From Heterodontus francisci (lineage: Eukaryota), in assembly GCF_036365525.1 (NCBI RefSeq), contig NC_090404.1, positions 4,526,001-4,590,000 on the forward strand: a DNA stretch of 64,000 nucleotides, written 5' to 3'. A model generated the notes under the pieces. The model did no database searches. It was not told where the DNA came from and saw nothing but the letters and a program-made list of their open reading frames with translations. The position numbers were made by a program, and so were the translations under genes. Below are positions 48,872-62,252 of this stretch, piece after piece. Position 1 is the stretch's first letter; every line of letters begins with the position of its first letter.

Positions 48872-49557
48872 TTCAGTGAGTTCAGTCTGCGAGAGAGGAC
48901 AGCGGTTCATTAAGTTCAGTCTGAGCAAGAGGAGAGAGGTTCAATGAGTTCAGTCTGAGAGAGGAGAGAGGTTCAGTGAGTTCATTCTGAGAGAGAGGCG
49001 AGTGATTCCGTGCGTTCAGTCTGAGAGGAGAGAAATTCAATGAGTTCAGTCTGAGAGAGAGGAGAGAGGTTCAGTGAGTTCAGTCTGAGAGAGAGGAGAT
49101 TGATTCAGTGAGATCAGTCTGACAGAAAAGAGAGAAATTCAATGAGTTCCGTCTGAGAGACAAAAGAGAGATTCAGTGAGTTCAGTCTGAGCGAAAGGAG
49201 AGAGATTCAGTAAGTTCAGTCTGAGAGAGGAGAGAGAGGTTCAGTGAGTTCAGTCTGAGAGAGAGGAGAGAGATTCAGTGAGTTCAGTCTGAGAGAGAGG
49301 AGAGAGGTTCAGTGAGTTCAGTCTGAGAGAGAGGGGATAGGTCCAGTGAGTTCAGTCTGAGCGAGAGAAGAGTGATTCAGTGAGTTCAGTCTGAAAGAGA
49401 GGAGAGAGGTTCAGTGAGTTCAGTCTGAGAGAGAGAAGAGAGATTCAGTGAGTTCAGTCTGAGAGAGAGGAGAGAGATTCGGTGAGTTCAGTCTGAGAGA
49501 GGAGAGAGCTTCAGTGACTTCATTGCATCTGAGAGAGAGGTTCAATGAGTTCAGTGA
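48872..49557 (+). repeat. ~34-bp minisatellite, about 20 units
   Basis: Unit TTCAGTGAGTTCAGTCTGAGAGAGAGGAGAGAGG. Confidence 0.93.
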
Positions 49558-49802
49558 CAGACGTGTTCGCCTGGGCAATGGAAGGGTCTGTGTGAGATCA
49601 CTTTCTCAACAAGACCACACAACAGATTGTGTTGTGAATAGGTGTTATCGTTAATGAATGATACGGAATGCTATTACATTTTGAATAAATTGAAATTGAA
49701 TAAAATGTTGTACAACGCTTCATGCACATAATCACTTATGTTAGTGCAATGCATTGCATGCATTAAGAAGTATGTGTTCTGGGCACACCGTATCCACACA
49801 CA

Positions 49803-49834
<32 letters not shown>

Positions 49835-50150
49835 GCCTCACACACGGTCACCCACAAACCACACACCCACACCCACAGAGCATACCACACACATGCACAT
49901 ACGCACACACAGAAACATTTTGTTTTAGCTGGTTTCAGTTGCACCACTTAACTCGTTGATGAAAATCTAATCGGGTGGACATTAGGACCCTACGGCAGCC
50001 CATCTTGTGGTGCTGGGAGGACACGGTTCCAGACTCTGTCCAACACAATCTGTGGGTCAGGCGAAAGTTAAACAGAAATTCCTGCAGAAAAAAAAAATCC
50101 TTAACATTAAAAAAAAACTATCAGCAATGGAGACAGTACAACACAAATAT

Positions 50151-53100
50151 CATAGAGTTATGCAGGACATAAACAGGTCCTTCGGCCCATTGTGTCTTTC
50201 CCATTCATCAAGCACCTAACTATTCTAATCCCATTTTCCAGCCATTGGCTCAGAGCCTTGTATACTATGGCGTTTCAGGTGCTCATCTATATACTTCTTG
50301 CTGTGAGGGTCCCTGCCTCTACCACCTCTTCAAGCAGTGCATTCTAGATTCCAACCACTCTCTGGGTGAAAATGTTTTCCTCAAATCCAGTCTAAACCTC
50401 CTGCACCTTACCTTAAATCTATGCCCCCTGGTTATTGACCGCTCGGCTAAGGGAAAATGTTTCTTCCTATCTAACCTATCAATGCTCCTCATAATTTTGT
50501 ATCCCTCAATCATATCTCCCCTCACCCTTTTCTGCTCTAAGGAAAACAACCGTAGCCTTTTCAGTCTCTCTGCATAGCTGAAATGCTCCAGCCCAAGCAG
50601 CATCCTGGTGAATCTTCTCAGCACCCTCTCCAGTGCAATCACATCCTTCCTATAGTGTGGTGCCCAGAACTGTGCCCAGTACTCTAGCTGTGGCCTAACT
50701 GGCATTTTATACAGCTGCATCATAACCTCCCTGCTCTGAAATTCTATGCCTCGGCTCATGAAGGCAAGTATCCCATATGCTTTCCTAACCACCTTATCTA
50801 CCTGTGCTGCTGCCTTCAGTGATCTATGGACAAGTACACCAAGGTCACTCTGACCCTCTGTATTTCCTAGGGTCCTACCATCCATTGCATATTGCGCTGC
50901 CTTGTTAGTCCTCCCAAAATGCATCACATCACACTTCTCAGGATTAAATTCCATTTGCCAAAGCTCCACCCATCTTACCAGCCCATCAACATCGGCCTGT
51001 AATCTGAGGCTTTCTCCTCACTATTTACGACACCACCAATTTTCGTGTCATCTGCGAACCTACTTCCATACCTCCTATGTTCACGTCTAAATCATTAATG
51101 TGCACTAAAAACAGCAAGGGTCGCAGCAACGATCCCTGTGGTACACCACTGGTCACAGGCTTCCACTCACAAAAACAACCCTCGACCATCACCCTCTGCC
51201 TCCTGCCACTGAGCCCATTTTGGATCCAATTTGCCAAATTGCCTTGGATTCCATGGGCTCTTAGCTTCTTGACCAATCTCCCATGTGGGACCTTATCAAA
51301 AGCCTTACTGAAGTCCATAAATACTACATCAACTGCTTTACTCTCATCTACAAAATGTCATCACCGCCTCAAAAAATTCAATCAAGCTAGTCAGACATTA
51401 TCTCCCACTGACAAAGCAATGCTCACTATCCCTGATTAATCCCTGCCTCTCCAATTGGAGATTACGCCTGTCCCTCAAAGATTTTTCCAATAGTTTCCCA
51501 ACAAATGATGTTAGACTCACTGGCCTGTAATTACCTGGTTTATCCCTGCTACCCTTCTTAAATAATGGTATCACATTCGCTGTCCCCCAATCCTCTGGTA
51601 CCTCTCCTGTGGCCAGAGAGGATTTGAAACTTTGATTCAGAGCTCCAGCTACCCCCTCCCTTGCCTCACATAACAGCCTGTGTTACATCTCATCTGGGCC
51701 TGGGGATTTATACAGTTTTAAGGCCGATACAACTGCTAATTCTTCTTCCCTTTCAATGCTAATATGTTCAAGTATATCACAATCCCCCTCCCTGATCTCT
51801 ACACCTACATCGTCCTTCTCCATAGTGAACACAGATGAAAAGTAATCATTTAAAACCTCACCTATGTTCTCCGGCTCCACACACAGAATGCCACTTTGGT
51901 CCCTAATTGGTCCTACTCTTTCCCTGGTTATCCTCTTGCCTTTAATATACTTGCAAAACGCCTTAGGATTTTCCTTTATCTTGCCTGCCAGTGTTTTTTC
52001 ATGTCCCCTCTTCGCTCTCCTAATTACTTATTTAAGTACCCCCCTACAATTTCTATACTCCTCTAGTACCTCCACTGTTTTCAGCACACTGAATATGCCA
52101 TAAGTTTCCATTTTTTTACTGATCCAATCCTCTATATCCCTTAACATGTAGGGTTCCCTGAACTTGTTGGTTCTACCCTTCACCTTACTGGTTACATGTT
52201 GGCTCTGAACTCTCACTATTTCTTCTTTGAATGACTCCCACTGATCTGATGTCGACTTTCCTACAAGTTGCTGCTCTCAGTCCACTTTGGCCAGATCATG
52301 TTTTATCATCCGAAAATCGGCCTTCTCCCAATTCAGTACCTTTATTTTCCGTCCATCTTTGTCTTTTTCCATAACTACCTTAAATCTTGCAGAGTTATGG
52401 ACACTATCCCCGAAATGTTCCCCCACTGACACTTCTGCCACTTGTCCAGCTTCATTCCCTAGGATTAGGTCCAGTACTGCCCCTTCTCTTGTTTGGACTA
52501 TCTGCGTTCTGGCTGAAAAAGCTCTCCTGCATGAATTTTAAGACTTCTGCCCCCTTTAAGCTATTTGCACTGAGACTATCCCAGTTGATATTGGGGAAGT
52601 TGAAATTCCCTGCTATTATTACCCTATTATTTTTACATCTCTCTGAGATTTGCCTACATATCTGCTCCTCTATCTCTCCCTGACTATTTGGAGGCCTGTC
52701 GTACACTCCGAGCCAAGTGATTGCCTCCTTTGTGTTTTTAAGTTCTACCCATTTGTGGAACCTTCTAAGATATCATCCCTCCTTATTGCAATAATTGACT
52801 CCTTTGATCAACAGTGCAAGGCCAACTCCTCTTTTACACCCTCCCCTATCATGCCTGAAGATCCTATTCCCTGGGATACTGAGCTGCCAGCACTGCCCTT
52901 CCCTCAACAATGACCCTGTGACAGTAATAATACCATATTCCCATGTGTTAATCAACACCCTCAATTCATCTGCCTTACTTGTAAGATTCCTTGCATTAAA
53001 ATAGATGCAATCCAGCCTTGCATTTTGCACTTGTGCCTTAACAGGTCTATATTTGCTCTGCCTTCCAGATTGACTCAGTTTATATCTATGACTATGCATC

Positions 53101-53543
53101 ACCCTCTACTATACCAACACTCAGTATCCCATCCCCCTGCCAAGTTGGTTTAAACCCCCCCCCCCCCCCCACCACCCCAACACCCCCCAACAGCACTAGC
53201 AAACCTCCCAGCAAGGATGTTGGCCCGTTCCGGTTCAGGTGCAACCCGTCCAACTTGTTCAGGTCCCAAATTTGCTGGAAACAGACCCAGTGCTCCAGGA
53301 AATTAAAGCCTTCCCTCCTGCACCACCTCCTCAGCCACGCATTCATCTGCTCTGTCCTTCTAATCCTATACTCACGAGCACGTGGCACCGAGAGTAATCC
53401 AGGGATTACAACCTTTGAGATCCTGCTTGTTAATCTGCTTCCTAGCTCACTAAATTCTTGTTACAGGACCTCATCCCTCTTTTCACCTATGTCGTTGGTA
53501 CCAAAGTGTACTACGACCTCTGACTGTTCCCCTCCCCTTTCAG
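50151..53543 (-). mobile_element. Decayed CR1-type LINE (end of ORF1 esterase plus ORF2) with AATAT TSD
   Basis: ORFs with DGLHLN, FNARNL, SPGPDEM, DFSKAFDKVPH and RPQLEY; AATAT at 50146-50150 and 53544-53548. Confidence 0.92.
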
Positions 53544-53942
53544 AATATGAATTAGTAAACTTTGACACAACAGAGTGTGTCACTAAATAATGTAAAGCGC
53601 AGTGCACTATTGCTCACCTTTAGTCCTGTCCCTCAATCCCAGTTCATCTCTGGGAGACTGTTGGAGGATTCAACCCATCCTTTCAACACCAATATTACCC
53701 ACATAATAAAGAGCAATTAGAAATTGAACACAGCTGCTGATAATGATTCACAAAACTAAACGTATTTTTCCAACGAAAAATGATTAAATCCTCACACACA
53801 AATGTTTATCTTTATATGTATTAATATATATGACTGTCACTGTGGTCCCATCAAGCTATATGTCTGTCTATCTCCCAATCTATCTGTCTGTCTGTCTCGC
53901 TTTATGGCTAGCTAGCTATCAAGCTATTTCTGTGGCTATATG

Positions 53943-53980
<38 letters not shown>

Positions 53981-56630
53981 AGAATATAAGAAATAGGAGC
54001 AGGAGTCGGTCATTCAGCCCCTCGAGCTAGCTTTGCTGTTCAATCAGATTATGGGCTGATCTGCTCATGACCTTAACTCCACTTTCCTGCCTGTCCACCA
54101 TAACCCTTGACTCTCTTATAGATCAAAAATTTGTATAACTCACCTTTGAATATATACAACGACCCAGCTTCCACTGCCCTCTGGGGAAGAGAATTCCAAC
54201 CACTAACGACCCTCTGAGAGAATAAATTCCTCTTCCTCCGTCTTAAATGCGAGACCCCTTATTTAGAGACTGTGCCCCCGAGTTCTAGATTCCCCCACGA
54301 GGGGAAACATCCTCTCCGCAGCTACCCTTTCAAACCCACTCAGAATCTTATATGTTTCAATAAGGTCATCTCTTATTCTTCTGAACTCCAATGAGTATAG
54401 GCCCAACCTACTAAACCATTTCTCATACGACAGCCCTTCATCCCAGTCACTGGACTAGTAATCCAGATGCCCAGGCTAGTGCTCTGGGGACATGGGTTAG
54501 AATCCCACCACGGCAGATGGTGAAATTTGAATTCAATTAATAAACCTGGAATTGTAAAAACTAGTCTAATGTTGACCATGAAACCATGTCGATTGTTATA
54601 AAAACCCATCTGGTTCACTCATGTCCTTTCGAGAAGGAAATCTGCCGTCCTTGCCTTGTTTGGCCTACATGTGACTGCAGACCCAGAGCAATGTGGTTGA
54701 CTCTTAAAATGCCCTCTGAAATGGCCTCGCAAGCCATTCAGTTCAAGGCCAAATAAAGATGGGCAATAAATGTTCCCCTAGCCAGCGATGCCCATATCCC
54801 ATGAACAAATAAAAGAAAGGGAATCGGCCTAGTGAAACTTCTCTGAACTGCTTCCAATGCAAGTACATCCCTCCTTATGTAAGAAGACCAAAACTGTACC
54901 AATGCCCTGTACAGTTGTAGCTAAAGTTCCCTACTTTTATACACCACCTTCCTTGCAATAAACACCAACATTCCATTTGCCTTCCTTATTACTTGCTGTA
55001 CCTGCATGCTAACTTTTTGTGATGCATGTACAAGGATACCCAGATCCCTCTGTACCACAGCATTCTGCAGTCTCTCTCCCTGTAAATATTATTCTGCTTT
55101 TCTAAACTCCTGCATTATACTCCATCTGCCAAATTCTTGCCCAGTCTCTTAATCTATCTATATATCTCTTTGCTGACAGTTGTGTCTTCCTTACAACTTG
55201 CTTTCCGAACAATTGTCCACAAATTTGGCTACATACACTCGGTCCTTTCATCCAAGTCATAAATATAGATTGTAAATAGTTGAGGCCCAAGCACTGATCC
55301 CTGTGGCAGTCCACTAGTTATGGTTTGCCAACCTGAAAATGTGCCATTTACCCTGTCTCTCTGTTTCTGTTAATTATCCAATCTTCTATGTATGCGAACA
55401 TATTACCCCCAACACCATGAGCTCTTATCTTGTGTAATAAACTTTTTTGTGGCAGCTTATCGAACGCCTTTTGGAAATCCAAAAGCACAACAACTGTTGG
55501 TTCCATATTATGCACCCTGCTTGTTACATCGTCAAAGCACTGTAATAAATTTGCCAAATACAATTTCCTTTTCATAAACCATGTTGACTCTAACTGGATG
55601 CATGATAGAGTCATAGAGTCATAACGGTACAGGAGGAGGCCATTCAGCCCACCGAGTCCATGCTGGCTCTCTGTAGAGCAATCCAATCAACCCTGTTCAC
55701 CAGTTCTATCTCCGTAGCCCGGAAAATGTATTTCTCTCAAGTGCTCATCCAATTTCCTATTGAAATCATTCATCATCTCTGCTTCCACACTCTCGTGGGC
55801 AACAAGTTCCAGGTCATTACCACAAGATGTATAAAGCAGTTCTTCCTCATATAACCACTGCATCTGTAGCCAAAAACCTTAAAATTGTCTCCTCTAATCC
55901 TTGCACCATCAGCGAATGGGAACAGATTTGCTTTATCTGCTCTATCCAAACCTGTCATAATCTTGCATACCTATATCAAATCTCTCCTCAGTCGCCTTTG
56001 CTCCAAGAAGAACAACACCAGATTCTCCAACCTAACCTTGCAGCTAACATTCCTCATCTCTGGGGCCATTCTTATAAATCTCCTCTGCACCCTCACATCC
56101 TTCCAAAGTGTGGTGACCAGTACTAGATGCAATACTTTAGTTGTGGCCTAACCCGAGCTTTACAGAGGCTCAGCATAACTTCCCTGCCTTTGAGCTCAAT
56201 ACTTCTATTTTTGAAGCCCAAGATCGCATATGCTTTGTTAACTCCTCTCTTACTATGTCCTGCTACCTTTAAAGATCTATACACATGAACCTCTAGTTCC
56301 CTCTGCCCCTGGACACTCTTTGGAACTGTAACATTTGGTCTATACTGCCTCGGCTTCCCCCTTTTGTCAAAATGCATCGCCTCACATATCTCTGTAATAA
56401 CTTCCATCTGCCACTTGCCTGTCCGTTATACTTGCCTATCTATGTACTTTTGCAGTTGATTTGTATCATCCTCATTGTCTGCCAAATGATTTTCTAAATG
56501 ACCTGTTTCTATTTCCTTAATCATGAATTCTAGCATTTTTCCAATGACACATGTTCGGCTAACCTGGCTATAGTTCCTTGCTTTCTGTCACCTTCTTTCT
56601 TGAATCGAGGTGTTACATTTGCGTTTGTCC
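53981..56630 (-). mobile_element. Nested CR1-type LINE fragments (second copy ~55605-56480) lying within a (TCTA)n microsatellite
   Basis: RT-like ORFs 55348-55686 and 56123-56407; (TCTA)n on both flanks (53941-53980, 56631-56700). Confidence 0.8.
54446..54818 (+). mobile_element. tRNA-related SINE (family C) nested in CR1
   Basis: B-box-like GGTTAGAATCC; tail shared with LINE family B; a head fragment also lies at ~63630-63720. Confidence 0.75.
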
Positions 56631-56631
56631 C

Positions 56632-56677
<46 letters not shown>

Positions 56678-56719
56678 CATCAATCTAGCTGTCTATCTAT
56701 CTATCTTTGTAAGAGATGT

Positions 56720-57120
56720 TTTACAGTGCAGCAATAAATAAGATAGGACCTGGTGTAATATAAAAAGAGACAGGAGAGAATGCAGTCTTGACTGAGACAG
56801 GGCTGTGGGTAATATAATTTGAGACTGGGCCTTGTGCAGTAATAACTGAGACATTGCCGAGTGTAAAATAACCAGATACATGGTCTAGCCGAGTAATGAT
56901 CTGGGCATGTTCTAGTGTAATCTAAGCAAGGACTGGGGGAGGCCTAGTGGAATATAAACAAAAACAAGGTCATTTAAATAAAAAGTATGTGAGGGCCTTG
57001 TGTAATGTAACCAGAGACATGTTCTCGAGTAATAGAGACATCAACAGTCAATTTTATTGTAAACAGAAAAAACAGTTAATATAGCAAGAACTGAGAGAGG
57101 GCCAAGTGAAGCTAATAAAG
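56720..57120 (-). repeat. Degenerate 27-bp minisatellite array
   Basis: Reverse-complement units such as GTGCAGTAATAACTGAGACA. Confidence 0.7.
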
Positions 57121-58346
57121 CTGCATGACCTCAAATAAAATAAACTAAGAGAGATTTTTACTTCAATATCCTTCCTAATAGCATTGTGAGTGTACCTACT
57201 CCACAGGGACTGCAGCTGTTCAAGAAAGCAGCTCACTATCACCTTCTCAAAGGATATTTTGGATCGGCAATTAATGTTGGCCTGGCCAGCGACACCCACA
57301 ACCCATTAAACGAATAAATAAAATAGACTTTCACTGCCATCCGCTGGCCCGACATTGCCATTGCTCCTACTGTGAAAATGTCAATGTCGCTTGCTGTTTC
57401 TGTAGTAATGTGTCAAGAAACAACTCAACTAATTCCAGATGAACGTGGCCGATTTGTGCCTCGATACATCAGGAACAGTGCAAAGCGGTTGAATTCCAGT
57501 TTATGTATTTTTGTTGATCTTGGTTCAAGGGAGGAGTGTTGACCAGGACACAGTGTGGAACTATGGGACTTTTAATGTCCACCTCAACAAAAAAGGGGTG
57601 GGGGAGAGATTATTGTTTCAAAATGTCCCTGGAATGATATTGCCCTTTCATTAATGGACCCATTGGAAGCCTGGTTAATATACTCAGTTTCTGAAGCTGA
57701 CATGGAATCCACAAATTACTGATTCTGAAATCAGAGTCAAGTTGTGTTACCCAAGTTGCTGCTGAAATGTTTCCTGTGTCCAGGTGACATTTTATATCAA
57801 CATTGGTTAATACCATTGCTGTTACGCTTCCGTATACTGATATCACAAATAGCAACTTCTGGATTACAATTACAAAACGTTTGATTGATACAATTGAAAT
57901 TCATTGAATCATGGAATCTGACAGCACAGAAGGAGGCCATTCGGCCCATCGTGGCGGCTGCTTGAAAGAGCTATCCAATCAGTTCCATTCTCCTGGTCTT
58001 TCTCCAAAGTCCTGAAAATCTTTCCTTTTCATGTAATTATACAATACACTTTTGAAAGTTACAATTGAAAGTGGTTACACCAACCTTGCAGGTATTTCAT
58101 TCCAGCTCATAACAACTCGCTGAACTTTAAAAATAAAACTCCTCATCTTCTCCCTTCTTCACTTACCATTGATTCTAAATCTGTGTCCTCTCGTTATCAA
58201 CATTCCTGCCAGTGGAAACTTTGTCATGGATATTTTTCCGTGCGATTTGTGTGGTTTAGAACGGGGAAATGTTCGTTCGAATGAGCGAGTTCAGAGGATT
58301 CAGTATTTCACCTTCTTCCTCAACACCTGAGGCCAAGAAGTTAGAT

Positions 58347-58412
58347 GTTGATGTAATGTAGCTGATATCAGCTTTGCCTGACACGGGAAAGGTCCCTGGT
58401 CACTTGGGAAAC
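58347..58412 (+). pseudogene. Decayed tRNA-Val-like pseudogene
   Basis: GT.ATGTAG..GATATCA..TTTGCCTGACACGGGAAAGGTCCCTGGT...GGAAAC aligns with vertebrate tRNA-Val; the T arm is partly deleted. Confidence 0.55.
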
Positions 58413-58670
58413 CTTTCATTCAGTTTGTGACAGGATGTTGCTGGTTTACTAACAGTAATGTAAACTATTATCATTCGCCTGACAGATGAACTGTTTTGTG
58501 ACAAAAGCAGAAAGCGCTGCAAATACTCAACAGGTCTGGCAGCATCTGTGGAGAGAGTAGCAGTGCTAAATTTTCAGGTCTGTGACCTTAACTCAGAACA
58601 CAGATCAGCACTTTCTATTTTCATTTCACACTTCCATCATCGGCAGTTTTTCCTTTTATTGAACGCTTGC

Positions 58671-58741
58671 TTCCCTGGTCAGGAAACAAACCCGGCTGTG
58701 GCGGCAGGAACTCCCACTTCTAACCACTAGACCATCAAGCA
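58671..58741 (-). pseudogene. Decayed tRNA-Glu-like pseudogene
   Basis: Reverse complement contains TGGTCTAGTGGTTAG and CCGGGTTTGTTTCCTGACCAGGGAA, matching tRNA-Glu with many substitutions. Confidence 0.65.
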
Positions 58742-59539
58742 ACAGGACCTGCGAGCTCCGGAGCCATTGTTGATATAATTGAAGGTATCGGTGTGAATTT
58801 CTTAATTTAATTTGTGCTGGATGCAAAACCATTTCATAACGCTGCTGCTTCCAGATCTATTTAAATGTGTCTGTATATTTCGTTCACGTTTCGAGTCAGT
58901 CTGTCTTCATCCTGAAAGTACTTTCTGCCTGTTTATTTCCCTCTTACTTTTCATTTACACCTAAATATTATCACGGTCTTGTGTTTTATTTCTCTCTTTG
59001 GGAAATATTGTGCTGTTCCTTTAGGACTGTAAAAGATCAGTGCAACTTTCAGGCAGTAAGTTCCGGAGGGTCAGTGAGCCAGGGTGCATTCCGATTGCCA
59101 AACAGCAGCCACAGAGAAAGAGAGGACACGAGATTCAATGTTACAGGTTAGACTTTTAAAATTAGCCGAACAACTGTCAGAAGCGGAGCTCTGAGACAAT
59201 TTAAACTGAAAAAAACTGTGTTATTTCTCTCTCAAAATTCTACAAAGCGTCAAGCCGAATTAATTCTACAAAAAATAAGAAAAGGCTTCTTCTTTCACAA
59301 CAAGTTATCTGCTGTGTTCATTGCTGGAAAAAAAAGAAGAGGTTAATGCAACAACTGCCGAACTGCTGAACCTATATATTTGAGGTATCCTTTTTCTCAT
59401 GGGACCATGGAAGTCTGCAAGTGAACTTTGACTGTAGTGTATTGGAAGACCAGTCGTAACTTACAGAGACTTGTTTATTTGTTCTATTTCTGAGAGGAAG
59501 ATACACTTACAAATCAACAATCTTTTAAAACCGAGTTTC

Positions 59540-62080
59540 TAGAATCATAGAGTGATAGAGCACAGAAGCAGGCTCTTCGGCCCATCCTGTCCACGCCGGC
59601 CATCAAGCACCTATCCATTCTAATCCTATTTACCACCATATGGCCCATAGCCTTGTATGCTATGGCGTTTCAAGTGCTCATCAAAATACTTCGCAAATGT
59701 TGTGAGGGTTCATGCCTCCACCAAAATATCAGGCACTGTGTTCCAGATTCCAACCGCACTCTGGGTGGTTTGTTTTCCTCAAATCCCCTCTAAGCCTCCT
59801 GCCCCTTATCTTTAATCAATGCCCACTGGTTATTGACACCTCTGCTGAGGGAAATCGTTTCTTCCTATCTACCCAAACTATGCCCCTCATAATCTTCTAC
59901 CCCTCAATCAGGTCCCCCCTCAGACTATCCTGCGCTTAGGAAAACAACCCTAGCCTATCCACTCTCTCTTCACTGCTCAAATGCTCCAGCCCAGGCAACA
60001 TCCTGGTGAGCCTCCTCTGCACCCTCTCCAGAGCAATCACATCTTTCCGATAGTGTGGCGACGAGAAGTGTACAGAGTACTCCAGCTGTGGCCTAAATAG
60101 TGTTTTGTACAACTCCATCATAACTTCCCTGCTCTTATATTCTGTGCCTCGCATAATATAGGCAAATATCCCAAATGCCTTCCTAACCACCTTATCTACC
60201 TGTGCAGCTGCCTTCAGTCTTCAGTGATACATGGACAAGTCCGCCAAGGCCCTTGTGACTCTCTCTACTTCCGAGGGACCTACGACACATTGCATATTCT
60301 CCTGCCTTGTTAGTCCTCCCAAAATGCATCTCAGGATTAAATTATATTTGCCACTGCTCCACACATCTTATCAGCCCATATATATCGTCCTGTAATCTAA
60401 TGCTATCCTCCTCACTATTTACAACACCACCAATTTTCGTGTCATCTACAAATTTACTGATCATACCTCCTATATTCACGTCTAAATCATTAATGTACAC
60501 CACAAACAGCAAGGGTCCCAGCCCCGATTCCTGTGGTACACCACTGGTCACAGGCTCCCAATCGCAAAAACAACCCGCAACCACCACCCTCTGCCTCTTG
60601 TCACTAAGCCAATCTTGGATCCAATTTGCCAAATTATCCTGGATCCCATGGGCTCTTATCTTCTTTCCCAATCTCCCTTGCGGGACCTTATCAAAAGCCT
60701 TACTGAAGCCCATGTAGACTACATCAACTGCTTTACCCTCATCGACACACCTAGTGACCTCCTAGAAAAATTCAATCAAATTTGTTAGACACAATCTCCC
60801 TCTGACAAATCCATGCTGACTATCCCTTATTAATCACTGCCTCTCCAAGTGTAGTTTAATCCTGTACATCAGAACACTTTCCAAACGTTTCCCAACGACT
60901 GGTGATGGACTCATTTGCTTGTAAGCAACTAGTTTATCCCTACTTCCCTTCTGGAATAATGATACCTCATTCACTGTCCCCCAGTCCTCTTGCACTTCTC
61001 CTGTGGCCAGAGAGGTTTTGAAAATTTGTGTCAGAGCCCCAGTAATCTCCTCGCTTGTCTCACAAATCAGCCTGGGATACATCTCATCTGGGTCTTGGGA
61101 TTTATCCACTTTTAAGCCCACTAAAACCATTCATACCTCCTCCCTTTCAATGCTAATTTGTTCAAGTATATCACAATCCCCCTCCCTGATCTTTTCACCT
61201 ACATCGTCCTTTTCCAATGTGAACACACATGGAAAGTAATCATTTAAAACCTCACCTACATCTTCCAGCTCCACACACAGATTGATGCTTCGGTCCTTAA
61301 TGGGCACTACTCGTTCCCTGATTATTCTCTTGCCATAAATATACTTATAAAACGCTTTGGGATATTCCTTTATCTTGCCCACCCGTGTGTTTTTCATGCC
61401 GCCTCTTCCCTCTCCAATTTTTTTTTCACTACACCCCGACACTTCCTCTCATCCTCGAGGGCCTCCACAGCTTTCAGCTCTCTGAATATGCCGTAGGGCT
61501 CCTTTTGTTTTCCTTATTCAATCCTCTATATCACTTGACATCTTGGGTTCCCTAGACTTATTGGTCCTACCCTTTACCTTTACTAGAATATGTTGGCTCT
61601 GAACTCTCACTATTTCCTTTTTGAATGACTCTGATATATACTTTTCTGAAAGTAGCTGATCCCAGTCCAATTTGACCAGGTCCTGTTTTATAATATTTGA
61701 AAGCGGCCTTCCCCCAATTCAGTACCATCATTTCCGGTCCATCTTTGTCCTTTTCCATAACTACCTTAAATCTTACAGAGTCCTATCCCCGAAATGCTTC
61801 CCCACTGACGCTTCTACCACTTTTCCGGCTTCATTTTCGAAGCGCAGATCCTGTATGGCCCCTTCTCTTGTAGGACGTTCTACGTGCTGGCTAACAAAGA
61901 TCTCACAGATGCACTTTAAGAATTACGCCCCCTTTAAACCTTTTTCACTGAGACTATCTCAGCTAATATTGTGGAAGTTGAAATACCCTACTATTATTAC
62001 CCTATTATTTTTACACCTCTCTGAGATTTGCTGACATATCTGCTCCGTTACCTCTCCGTGGCTGTTTGGAGGCCTGGAGT
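59540..62080 (-). mobile_element. Decayed 5'-truncated CR1-type LINE (ORF2)
   Basis: ORFs 59936-60190, 60342-60713, 60834-61130 and 61131-61442 with RT motifs; CR1 3' end. Confidence 0.92.
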
Positions 62081-62252
62081 GCAGTTGGGGGTACTCATTC
62101 AAGGAATGCACAAAATTAATATGTAAGTGCAGCAGGCGATTAGGAAGGCAAATGGAATGTTGGCCTTTATTACAAGGGGGTCGAAATACAGGAAGAAAGA
62201 AGTCTTACTGAAACACTGTCTGCATTTTTGGTCTCCACATTTAAGAAAGGAA

